Source of the DNA: Octopus bimaculoides
Lineage: Eukaryota
Length of the DNA: 64,000 nt
Direction of reading: 5' to 3'
NCBI RefSeq assembly: GCF_001194135.2
Contig: NC_068990.1
Location: 37,612,420 to 37,676,419, forward strand
Below, piece by piece: positions 25,199 to 36,364 of this stretch (position 1 is the stretch's first letter; the number at the start of each line of letters is the position of its first letter). The notes beneath the pieces are model-generated. The model was not told the DNA's origin. It saw only the letters and a list, made by a program, of their open reading frames with translations, and ran no database searches. The translations under genes and the position numbers were made by a program.

Positions 25199-25536
25199 CT
25201 CTAGAGGAAGGGGTTATTCCATGACATTTGTATATATTCTCCAAGGGTGATGTGATCAATGCCAAATTGCATTCCGCTCCCACAGTAGCAATTTGACAGT
25301 AGAAATAAAAATTGCAGCAGGACAGGATTCTAAGTGGTCAGCGTATTGAGAAAGAAGACAGAATCGCAGTTGATGGTTATCGAGGAATTGCTGAAAAGTT
25401 CCTGGCTTTAAGGTATCGTGATAGGCCTGGTTGGAGGCCCAACCAGAATTCTTTTATAGAAACTGAAGAACCACTCTACAAACTGAAGAATGACTGCAAT
25501 AAGTGAGAGGGGAATATGTTGAATAAAGTCATAATT

Positions 25537-25786
25537 TACATTATTTACATTATTTACATTTGACGGATATTTGTCCTCAACTTGTTTGTTGTTAACACAA
25601 CCTTTTGGCTGATATACCCTTCAGCCTTTATCAGGTGTCTTGGGAAATTTCGAACCTGGGTTCCAGCTAGAGCTGGACTTCTGATGAAACACTGTGTTAA
25701 CAACAAGCAAGATGAGGACAAATATCCATCAAATGTAAATAATGTAAATAATGTACATAGTTCCTCATCTCTTAAATATAGAACTG
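25537..25786. mobile_element. Penelope-like fold-back element, copy 1
   Basis: Inverted arms (tacattatttacatttgacggatatttgtcctc…gttaacaca / tgtgttaacaac…gaggacaaatatccatcaaatgtaaataatgta), flanked by the 13-bp direct repeat taaagtcataatt (25524-25536, 25787-25799). Confidence 0.75.
25594..25639 (-). ncRNA. Degenerate minimal hammerhead ribozyme motif
   Basis: rc: gacac CTGATAA a ggctg aagggtatat cagcc AAAA gg tt gtgtt. The core is mutated at two or three positions relative to CTGATGA…GAAAC. Confidence 0.45.
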
Positions 25787-25972
25787 TAAAGTCATAATTA
25801 ATTGGATCCTCCTGTATTCTCTTTAGCCCAAAGCCAGGAACTTTTCAGTACCCCATTGTAGAAGGGATCAATTGCAAGTGACAAAGGAGAGATGGCATGG
25901 GATCAGTCAGCAGTAAGAAGCAAGAGCCATTGTAGTAGTAGTAAGGAAAAATCAGAGAAAGTGGAAAAATCA

Positions 25973-26400
25973 TACAGGGTGTCCCCCCACCATCAAATTG
26001 ACATCATTTTTGAGTTTAATAATATAGCCAATTCTTGCTCAAATGATCTCAAATTTTAGAAAAATGTGTAAAAACTAAGTTTGGATGAGGCATATCAGGG
26101 ATAATGACAATGTGCTGTTGATATGGCCACCATATTCACCTGATTTCACACTTTGTGATTTTTTTTTATAGGGCTATGTGAAAGAACTGGTTTATATCCC
26201 CACCTCTTCCCAACAAGCCTAGAAGAACTCAAGTAGAGAATCACGGAGGAGCTGGAGAATGTTATGCAAGACATACAACAGCATGTCTGGCTGGAGCTGG
26301 ACTACTGACTTGATGTGTGTCGTGTCACAAGCAGTGCATATATTGAACGTTTGGGAAGCTTTGTGAAATCGGTTATAAAATCTACATCCCTCTGAATCTG
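25973..26400 (+). pseudogene. Internally deleted Tc1/mariner-family element (transposase C-terminus)
   Basis: Starts TA|CAGGGTGTCC. Translation (with a frameshift) gives LLIWPPYSPDFTLCDFF*GYVKELVY…SLEELK*RITEELENV…VWLELDY*LDVCRVTSSAYIERL, matching the WPPRSPDL..CDFFLWG family. Confidence 0.8.
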
Positions 26401-27259
26401 TTGTTCAAATTTGATAAATAAATCTTTTAATGTTCAACATGAAGCATGTACAATTTCGTATGCATAGGACGTGTAGCTACTCAGATATTCACATTTGAAA
26501 TAATGTCAATTTTTAGGGAATACCCAGTGTTTGGGGCTCAGAGTTTGACATGTGCGTGTTATGATAACTTCATCCCAATCAGTCAGAATCAAGCATCAAC
26601 TTCTCTTAGTTAATGGATCCAACTGATAAACTCATCTTTCACACACTCTTTACTTCTGATGTCATTCATCTGCCAGATACTGAACTAAATCTATTTTCTA
26701 CCAATCCTTCTGGTGCCCACCAAAAACACCATTTTGTGTGTGTTCATTTTGTATTCCATTTGATGGATATTTGTCCTCATCCTCTGGTGCCCACCAAAAA
26801 CACCAGTTTTTTTTTTCTCTCTCCACAAGTGTTTCTTGGAGACATTGATCTGAAGATGTTCAGTCTAAATATTAACTATATCAATCAGTCCAGTGGGGAA
26901 CACAGAAATCAAGGGTAATCACCCCACCTCAAATTCTAGCAAATTAATTTAAACATTAAGCCACATTATTGTAATTCTCACCTTATTAAAATTAAACAGT
27001 TGCTATATATATGCATACATACACACATGCAGATACACACATGTATACTCAGATATACACATGCATATGTACAAGGTTCCAAGACTTAAGCCAACAAAAT
27101 GACCATCTGAGGGATTGGAAAACATTCATACTACAACATGCAACGGTGATAACAGCGCTTGTTCGTTGTTGTTGTTTTTTGGGGTGGGGTGGGGGTGGCA
27201 GCAGTGGTGATAGTAGCAGCAGTGGTGGTGGTGGTGGCAGTGGAGGTGGCAGCAGTGGT

Positions 27260-27364
27260 GAAGAAGAAGAAGAAGAAGAAGAAGAAGAAGAAGAAGAAGA
27301 AGAAGAAGAAGAAGAAGAAGAAGAAGAAGAAGAAGAAGAAGAAGAAGAAGAAGAAGAAGAAGAA
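27260..27364. repeat. Pure (GAA)~35 trinucleotide tract
   Basis: Directly visible and uninterrupted. Confidence 0.95.
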
Positions 27365-27629
27365 ATGATATCAAAAGCAACAAGACAAGAACATTAACAA
27401 AAACTACACCAAAAGGAAAAGCAATAAGAATAACAACAACAACTGCCACAATGACAACAATACTAACAACAACAATGACAGCTTCACTATCAATAGGCAA
27501 CATCATTTTAAGCATGTTTTATTGTGGAGAAGAAACAGATAATGTTTAACTAGTTATATGAATATTGATTGATTTTATCTGTTAGAATATACTATCAATA
27601 TTTTCAAACAAGAGTTATATACACACTGC

Positions 27630-27702
<73 letters not shown>

Positions 27703-28345
27703 GTGTGCTTATATATATGCATGTATATGTGTATACATATAAATATATATATGTATGTATGTATATTTATATGTACACACACACACTCTCTAACTCTACA
27801 AAATACTCCATGTTCTTCATAGAAATCCACTCAGGTGAAACCATTCTTTGGGCTTTCATCAGTCCAAGATACGAGCTTTATGAAACCTAGAAATTGTAGG
27901 AAATGCGTAGAAATTTTATGAGTTTTTATCCAAATAGACATATACAAATATACAAAAATGTTTTTATCCATAAGAAAAACATACAAATATACAGCATGAA
28001 TGGTCTGTGTGGATGTCCATCCAACCAATGCACATATATACCCATGTTCATGCAAATGCACACACATGTAAACATACATAAAAAAATAGACACATGAAGA
28101 AACTTACTCAAACGCACAAATATATTTACATCCACATCCACACTCACATGCATAAATATTGATAAGATGCTAGTTTAGATCAAGATCAAAAGAATGTGAA
28201 GCATCTTTCTTGTGTTGCTGTTTTCTCAGTGAAAAACCATGAAAATCTAGAATAGCAGAAAAATGTATTAATAATCATGAATGCCACAGATAGATGAGGA
28301 ACGAGGGTTCTAGCATAGTATTGAAATTGCTGTTGGTTTTTATAG

Positions 28346-28376
28346 ATGAGGACCAAATTAATGTGTCATATCCAAG
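28346..28376 (+). other. Candidate 31-nt internal exon
   Basis: ttggtttttatag|ATGAGGACCAAATTAATGTGTCATATCCAAG|gtaaac; open frame EDQINVSYP. Splice signals only. Confidence 0.15.
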
Positions 28377-28718
28377 GTAAACATAACCGAAGATTTTTAT
28401 TTTATTTTACTGAGAAGGTCAAATAATAGTAGAACATGGCAATTGTTGTCTCCCTACTTACCAAAGATCAGATTCACTGCCTGCTGCATGTTCATATTTA
28501 ATTTTTATGAATTTGGATTTTAGGTTTGTTTCTCTTCCATTTCATGCCTGCAATTAATCATTCACAAGATTGACCATGTGGTTAAGAAGACCATTTTGCA
28601 ACCATGTGGATTCAAGTTCAATCCAACAGCACAGCATTTTGGTGAATGCTTTCTGCAGCTAATAATGCATTTTGAGGAAATTTAATAGATGAAAACCTGG
28701 GTGTGTGTGTGTGTGTGT

Positions 28719-28778
<60 letters not shown>

Positions 28779-30768
28779 GTGTGTGTTTCATAAAAAGTGC
28801 TTGACAGAATAAGTACCAAATTGAAAATAAATAGTGGGGTTAATTTGACAGACTAAACCCTTCAAGACAGTGCCACAGCTTAGCTGCAGTTCAACAACTA
28901 AATCAAGTAAAAAAGAATAAAGAAATAAAATTGAATTCATTTTCATTAAAATTAATGACTTTTGCTCTTCATTAATTCAAGTGTAATTGTAATTAATTAA
29001 GCATTTTTGATTGGCTAAGTTCAAGTATGTTAGCTTCCACTTAATAATAAATGGTCAAGTTCTTTGAAGAATCTCAGAAAGTCTTAGCATCAATTTATTA
29101 TAAAACTAGTTATTCTTTTTGGTGTTATATAGCTTCATGCTAACTATAATGAAGCAGAACTGTGCTCAAAGGGGTTCCAACCGTATCTAGTCATCTATTT
29201 TAGGGATATCTTGGAATATATAATCCAGAGTGTATTCTTTTCCTCAATTTTTCATGACATTTGCATGAGTTTCAAAGAAATTTGGTTGCTATTTCTAGCA
29301 GTTTGATCACTATGAAGGCTCCCTCATTAGCTCATTCTTGTGATTTGTTTTGAGAGATTAATAATAAGATAATCCTTGAAGTTTTAACTAGAAGAGTTTA
29401 ACATAAAAGTTAATTCTATAAAAACAATATGTCAGGGGGAAAAGAAAATGGAACAGTAAAGGGTGGTAGAATGATTAGGTGTTTGTGTCTAGACAGTTAT
29501 ATATAAAGATAGATAAACAGATGAGAGTGTGAATGTGTCTAAACAAATATGCATGTGTATATGTGTACGTATATGTCTGTTTGCATCTATCTCTCTTCCT
29601 TTCCATTTCTCTCTCTGCATATATAGATATATATTTGTTTGTGTGTATGTGTATGCATTATGTGTATGTGTGTGTGCATTATGTCTATGTGCTGATGGAT
29701 AGATAAGCAAGGAGGTAGGAATGGAGGAGATGGATATTTTGTTGCTTACTGTTCTTTATTATAAAAGTAATTTCAATTATTTGTGAACGTGTTTGTCTCG
29801 TAATTTGCTAATTGGATTATGAATTGTGACTTTTGGATAGAATTTTCGAGATTTTCATTTAATTGGGCAAATTTTTCAGACAATTTTTTCACAGAAATAA
29901 GCAAATTAAAGTTGTCAGTGATCAGTCATATTTTGGAGATGACCCAGTGGTTTTGCTTTCTTTTCCACTAAGTTGCAAGCCTGTTATATTTTTATTGGCA
30001 AATATAAGTAAATATTGGAGTCATACTATCTATTTTCTTAATTGATAGGTCTAGAGAAAGGGGCAATGCCCATATAACCACTGCAGGTCTTTTTAGACTA
30101 GTGAGAAGGATACCAATCTCATCTATAATTGCAAAACAATATCGGAACAAAAGACATAAGCAAAGAGGGAATTTCAGAGAGCTGATATTCTGAACAGTCA
30201 ATTGATCAAAGTGCTTTGAGTTGAAAAAAGGTCGAAACTGCTTCTTTAATTTTATTTTTTATTCATAATTTTACTCAGTCAAAAGAAGAAAAGCACAATT
30301 CCAAGAATTCTGTACAGAAGCTTCAAGACAATTGGGAAGAAAGAAATTATCCTTTCACTGGAGACCTGATCTGAATGTTTGCAAGAGCACAGGCTCTGTT
30401 AAAAGCACTTAATATCCAGTTTTGTTGCTAACCCAGGTAACAGTTTAACACCAAAGAAAAAGAATGGTCTCACCAACATTTCCCAAATTTCACTTACAGG
30501 ATTTTGGTCAACACAATGTTTTCATGAATTTAAGGCTTTGGTCAACCCAAGGCCACGGCAGATGAAAGTTGTCCAGTTTATCAGGCAATAGGTTTGAGCC
30601 TGAATCCACAAAGTTGCAGGATGAACATTTTACCACACATCCATGCCTACATCATAGAAAAGTCTGAGAAACTATAATACAGTTCTATATTGAAGAGATG
30701 AGGAATTATGTACATTATTTACATTATTTACATTTTGATGGATATTTGTCCTCATCTTGTTTGTTGTT

Positions 30769-30814
30769 AACACAACATTTCGGCTGATATACCCTCCAAC
30801 CTTCATCAGGTGTC
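30769..30814 (-). ncRNA. Minimal type-I hammerhead ribozyme motif
   Basis: rc: GACAC CTGATGA A GGTTG gagggtatat CAGCC GAAA TG TT GTGTT, i.e. stem I, intact CUGAUGA, stem II, GAAA, a near-palindromic stem III and a GUU cleavage triplet. Confidence 0.65.
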
Positions 30815-30861
30815 TTGGGGAAATTTCAAACCTGGATTCTCATTTCTAAGGTATTTTTCGA

Positions 30862-30916
<55 letters not shown>

Positions 30917-30931
30917 ATTATTATTATTCCC

Positions 30932-30966
<35 letters not shown>

Positions 30967-31031
30967 GTAACAATGAATATAATAACATCGCAAAATACGG
31001 AGTGAGAACCCAGGTTCGAAATTTCCCCCAA

Positions 31032-31077
31032 GACACCTGTTGAAGGCTGGAGGATATATCAGCCGAAATGTTGTGTT
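31032..31077 (+). ncRNA. Minimal type-I hammerhead ribozyme motif (one core mutation)
   Basis: GACAC CTGTTGA A GGCTG gaggatatat CAGCC GAAA TG TT GTGTT. Confidence 0.55.
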
Positions 31078-31957
31078 AACAACAAACAAGATAAGGACAC
31101 ATATTTGTCAAATGTAAATAATGTAAACTATAATACATATTCCAATTTTAAAATTTTATGCCATTTATATCAATAAAATTTCATTGCCTATCCTTGCTAT
31201 TAATTTTATTGTGGAAAAGACTAGTCCTCTCATGAGGACTAAAGGTTTTTATCTCCTTATATTATTCAGTTCTGAGATAAGATTTTTGCTATTCTAGATG
31301 GGTAATTGTGATATGATTTACAGAATCCACATCTTGCTCATAAATTCCATTTTTAGATATATGATTTCTAGGGCTAGACACTCTTGCTATCACTTAAAAA
31401 TAGACAGAGTGTACCCAATACACTGTACCATGTCAACAGTACTAGACATGTTGTCCCATGTGGGGGAAAATTACAAATTCATTCTACGCTTCTTAGTACT
31501 TGTTTAAAGTAACTTCCCCCAACCAAATGCAGGAAGACCAGGATATGACTTGCATATTCCATGTTTTGCTCATACATTCCACATATACAAACAAACACAC
31601 ACACATATTAAGATGGGTTCTGGGTAAATAATTATTTCAGTTTTTTTTTCTACCTTCTGTTCCATCACAGATTCTCACGTGTTTATAACATCACTGAGTT
31701 GGTGATTAATTATAATTTATATCCAATTATTTTGTAGTCACATGACATAATGGAATCATATTTCATTTCACATTCCCAGACCCCCTACATTTTAGATTCC
31801 AATTATACTCTGGCTATTTCCTGTTATATTCTCTATTTACAATTTTACACACACATACATATATATATATATATACAGCCTTTCATATATACACACAAAC
31901 AGTGAGTGGAAAAAGCACAACATAAATACAGTCAGATAAATAAGAATTATAAATATA

Positions 31958-32015
<58 letters not shown>

Positions 32016-32574
32016 TATATGTATATGTGTGTGTGTGTGTATGGATGTATGTATACACACAAGCATATATACGTGTGTTTAATCATTTATGGTTATATCA
32101 ATTATATTTGCATATTTGCTAAAGAATATGTATGGCTCGCAATTCTAACATATATGATTGTGAGCATGCATGTGCAGATTTTGTGTGTGGTTGATAATAA
32201 TTGTATTAACAGTGATATCAACTCTATCTTATCACATTTCAAACAAATACATAATCTTTTCTTTGTAAAAAAACCATAATGAAAAAAGTAAATAAAATAC
32301 AACTGTACAAAAATATGAGGATAATAAGTCGATAAATAAATAACATATATGAAGAAAAAAATACATAATTTTGATATATATGAAAATGAATTGCAACAAT
32401 ATATGAAATACAATACCTACATGCACACACCACCTACAAACAATAACATACAAGCGTGCACACAATTACTCTCAGACAGTAATATACATTCACAAATACA
32501 CACACATTTACAATCATGACCAATAATATTAAATCTAAAACAAAAAAAAATATCTCTGCCAGAATTATAGATAT

Positions 32575-32632
32575 TATTATTATTATTATCATTATTGTCT
32601 TGGGCCTTTGTGACCAATAAAAGAAAATCATT

Positions 32633-32667
<35 letters not shown>

Positions 32668-32684
32668 TATTATCATTATTATTA

Positions 32685-32726
<42 letters not shown>

Positions 32727-32802
32727 CATCATCATCATCATCATCATCATCATTATCATTATTATTATTATTTATTATTATTATTATTATCATCATCATC
32801 AT

Positions 32803-32836
<34 letters not shown>

Positions 32837-32860
32837 GCTGCTGATGTTATTATCATCAAC
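32575..32860. repeat. Compound (ATT)n/(ATC)n/(TTG)n microsatellite
   Basis: Directly visible alternating blocks. Confidence 0.9.
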
Positions 32861-33276
32861 AAGAATAGAGGGTTGCATTATAATAGTTCAGGATCAGTAT
32901 CTGTTCATTAAAAACTAACAAGCCAGCATTCTTCAAATAATGCTGATCTTACCTGCCATTTTTGTAATAATTGGCAACCTGAGATCTGTGTATTTTATGC
33001 TATCCTCAAAGAATATACTAATTGCTGTTATAGACTTGATCAGTATTCGCACTTGATCATATGCCATCAGTTTAGACCCCCGTATTAGAAGAACTAGAAG
33101 GAACATAAACTTGCCAATGTAGTAGAAAATAAAATCTCCACGGCTCTTTGGTCTGATCAAGCTATTTAGATTTTCAGAACAGATACTGTGGTGAAAGTCA
33201 CATTCACGAAATATGTTTTCTCATCGTTATGTAAATTGTAGCAGACCATGGTACCTCTGTGAAAAAAAAAATATAT

Positions 33277-33666
33277 GGAGTGGCTGTGTGTAAGTAGCTT
33301 GTCTACCAGCCACATGGTTCTGGCTTAAGTTCCACTGCATGGCACCTTGGGCAAGTGTCTTCTACTATAGCCTCGGGCCGACCAAAGCCTTGTGATTGGA
33401 TTTGGTAGACGGAAATTGAAAGAAGCCTGCCGTATATATGTACATATATATGTATTTATGAGTGTGTTTGTCCCCTCAACATCGCTTGACAACCGATGCT
33501 GGTGTGTTTACGTCCCCGTAACTTAGCGGTTCGGCAAAAGAGAGACCGATAGAATAAGTACTAGGCTTACAAAAAATAAGTCCTGAGGTCGATTTGCTCG
33601 ACTAAAGGCGGTGCTCCAGCATGGCTGCTGTCAAATGACTGAAACAAGTAAAAGATTAAAAGAGTA
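33277..33666 (+). mobile_element. SINE family A, near-consensus full-length copy
   Basis: All family A modules are present and many CpGs are retained. Confidence 0.9.
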
Positions 33667-33669
33667 TGT

Positions 33670-33865
33670 ACAATGATCTTGAAATAGAAGCGTCATAAAT
33701 GAGGCATCTAAGAATAGCAACTGTACCAGTGATAACTTTGGGTTAACATCAAAAGGTACTCTTAAATACTATGGTGAAATACCTGAAAACTTAAAAGTAT
33801 CAGTTCTACAAGAAAATGTTCTAATGGGTCCTGCCCACATCTTAAGTAAAACATTGTCAATCTGA
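33670..33865 (+). pseudogene. C-terminal remnant of a restriction-like-endonuclease (R4/Dong-type) LINE
   Basis: YNDLEIEAS*MRHLRIATVPVI…LG…EIPENLKVSVLQENVLMGPAHILSKTLSI* (frameshifted) resembles KYQDL.IEI..MW..IPVVIGALG…QK.VLLGTAHILRK.L. Confidence 0.6.
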
Positions 33866-35028
33866 GAAAATCTGGATCTTGTTAACTCTTACAATTTTCC
33901 ATGAATCTCAACAAACTTTTGACTTAATTTTAATTCAATGCTTTTTTTTTGCTTTTTTTTACTTGTTTCTCACTCTTCTCCAATCCTTACTCCCCACTAA
34001 GCCAAAACAATAGGATAATGCTGTTGCTCACTGTATCTGACACTTCTGTTTTAGAGGAAGAAACTCTTTTGCTCCTCACCTACTGATTTTTATTTTCATC
34101 TTTGGTCTTCATTTAAGGATGGATGGCTCTCATATAGTCTTTATTACAACACAGGAATAGTAACTGTACTTTTTTTATCCTGCTTTTCAAGTCCAGTTGC
34201 CCTCAAATCCATTCCCACTTAGAATGAGGAACAGCTCTGCTTGTCTGCTTTTTGGGAGGGAGTGGGGGATGTGGGATAAACGTGTCCACAGATATCCATA
34301 CGGATTCCACCTAATCACATATCATGGATCATCTTTATACTCCCCACATCTTTATATTGTTTTACAGTATATTATGAGTCACCAAGGGTTTACATCCATG
34401 GTCTGGTATGATTCAAGTGTTTATAAGACCCGTATGCTCTGGCACAATACTGAGTGTGCATTTCAGCAGTACCAACTCTCTCCTTGTTTCGTTCTTGGTC
34501 TCAAAAACCAGATACCTGTATCTATGTGGTCTTCTAGTAATTGGATACATACCTTACCAAACATCAATCGAAGTTTTCTTAAACTTCTGTTTTGATAAAG
34601 TTTAAGCACTTTTGGTTCCTGCAGTTGGTAAAAGATCTTTAAACGCCTTGTTGTTTAGTGCTTGGTCAGCCCTGAGCAGACATATTATAGATTTTGGTGT
34701 TGGTGTTTAGCCCCATGACTACTAAGATTTACTGTATTTACTAGTGCAGATGCCACTTAAAAAGGACCCAGTACATTCTGGCATCAGGAAGGGCATCCAA
34801 TCATACAAAACCCAGCCAAAGCAGAGAATGGAGTTCAATGCAATCCTTCGATTTGTTGAATCCTGTTAAACCATCCTAAACATGCTTGCATGAATGGTAG
34901 ATGTTAAATGACGACGATGATGATGATGATGATTACGATGTAACTGTATTATCTATTTGCACCTAATCATTTATTACAGCTATAGCAAATGATCTACGTT
35001 AAATGATGGATATTTTTTTTCTTTGCAG

Positions 35029-35072
35029 AATTTCCATCTGTTATCATCAGAGTAATAAGAGCAGGGACCAGA
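35029..35072 (+). other. Candidate 44-nt internal exon
   Basis: tttttttctttgcag|AATTTCC…GGGACCAGA|gtaaga; two frames are open. Splice signals only. Confidence 0.15.
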
Positions 35073-36059
35073 GTAAGATTTGGTTGCTATTTCTAGCTGG
35101 TTATGTATCTAGGTAACAGCTTCCTCATTTGGCACTCACTATGCATGCGAGCATGTCCAAATATGTATGTGTATGTATGCATGAACGTATATTTGTATGT
35201 GTGTATATACATACATATCATATCTATAATGCTATGTTATTAAGAAGTATTTGTATGGAATGTGTGTGTTTTGGCGAGAGGAGCTATTTTCGATGAAGTT
35301 AGGAAATTTGTCTTGATTTCCTCTTTTGTCTTACATAATGATATGATTTACTCATCGTTTTGTACAGTGATATCCCAGTGTAGTGTACATGTTGTACCAC
35401 TATTATTGTCAAATACAGATATTTGCTTACATATTTATACCACTTAATGTCTGTTCTGATTTCAGTGTGTTGAAATATAGCCAGATTGATACTAACATTT
35501 ACTAAGTAATGTCTTTGAATATATATTTCATCTTTTCACCACTACTTGGCAGTAAGAGCCAATATAATGGATAATTTATTGATGCTAACTGCATATTCTC
35601 TTATCGCTACCAGCCTCTTAATTTGTCAGTTTTGGTTATAGCTCTTTGAGGTCAAACATTCACACTCTGCAGTCAAAACTGAGTGTTAAATTTTACTGTT
35701 TCTCTGTTTTCTTGAGATTTGGTGAGAACAGAGCTGGAGAAGTATTCCTAGGAATTTTTCTTTTGGCATTCATATTGGCTTTTGTTTTCTGATTTCTCAG
35801 CGTTTGGTGAGAATGAAGCAGAAGTGTTTCTAAACCATTTCTTTTTTTTTTTAGCTTCTATAATATCTATTGTTTTCTCTTGATTAGATAAGAATAGAAT
35901 TGACCTGCAGAAGAATTCCTCAGCGATATTTTTTTCTATAGTTTATTTTAACATATTTTTATTAGTTCTTTCTTTTATTCTTTCCATTCTCTTCCTCGTT
36001 TCAGACATTAAATCTTTGTCATGCTGGAGCACCATCTTAAGCATGGAAAACAAATAGAT

Positions 36060-36127
36060 GATGGTGTTGACAATGATGGCGTTGACAATGATGGCGTTGA
36101 CAATGATAGCGTTGACAATGATGGCGT

Positions 36128-36170
<43 letters not shown>
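36060..36170. repeat. 15-bp minisatellite (gatggcgttgacaat) x~4.5 grading into (GAT)n
   Basis: Directly visible. Confidence 0.9.
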
Positions 36171-36171
<1 letters not shown>

Positions 36172-36364
36172 TTAGCACTAGGATTTTGATTGCTAGTTAT
36201 TTTACTGACCTTATAAGTGGAGAGGGCAAAATCAACCATCACATGAAGGAACATAATAGGAACTGACAAAAATAACAGTCATTGCATTTATATATAACAT
36301 TTATACCAAGGATTGACTGGAAATGTTTTTCAAGAAACTAATAAAAAGGAAATACACACACAAA

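Larger units (their letters stand above)
25381..25858 (+). mobile_element. Mariner-derived MITE, interrupted by a fold-back element
   Basis: TIRs cgaggaattgctgaaaagttcctggcttt and aaagccaggaacttttcagtacccc; internal remnant of a mariner C-terminus ending ggggaatatgttgaataa (GEYVE*). Confidence 0.8.
30680..31124. mobile_element. Penelope-like fold-back element, copy 2, with (TTG)n/(AAT)n core
   Basis: ~130-bp inverted arms. The left terminus cagttctatattgaagagatgagg is essentially the reverse complement of the right terminus of copy 1. An 11-12 bp direct repeat aaactataata(c) lies at 30669 and 31125. Confidence 0.8.

Noticed and set aside
27011-27515. Poly-E, poly-K and poly-L ORFs
   Set aside because: They are produced by the (GAA)n tract and the flanking GGT repeats.
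33970-34600. Possible LINE APE-endonuclease remnant on the minus strand and the 132-aa + ORF at 34197-34595
   Set aside because: Only vague motif resemblance by eye; it cannot be supported without a profile search.
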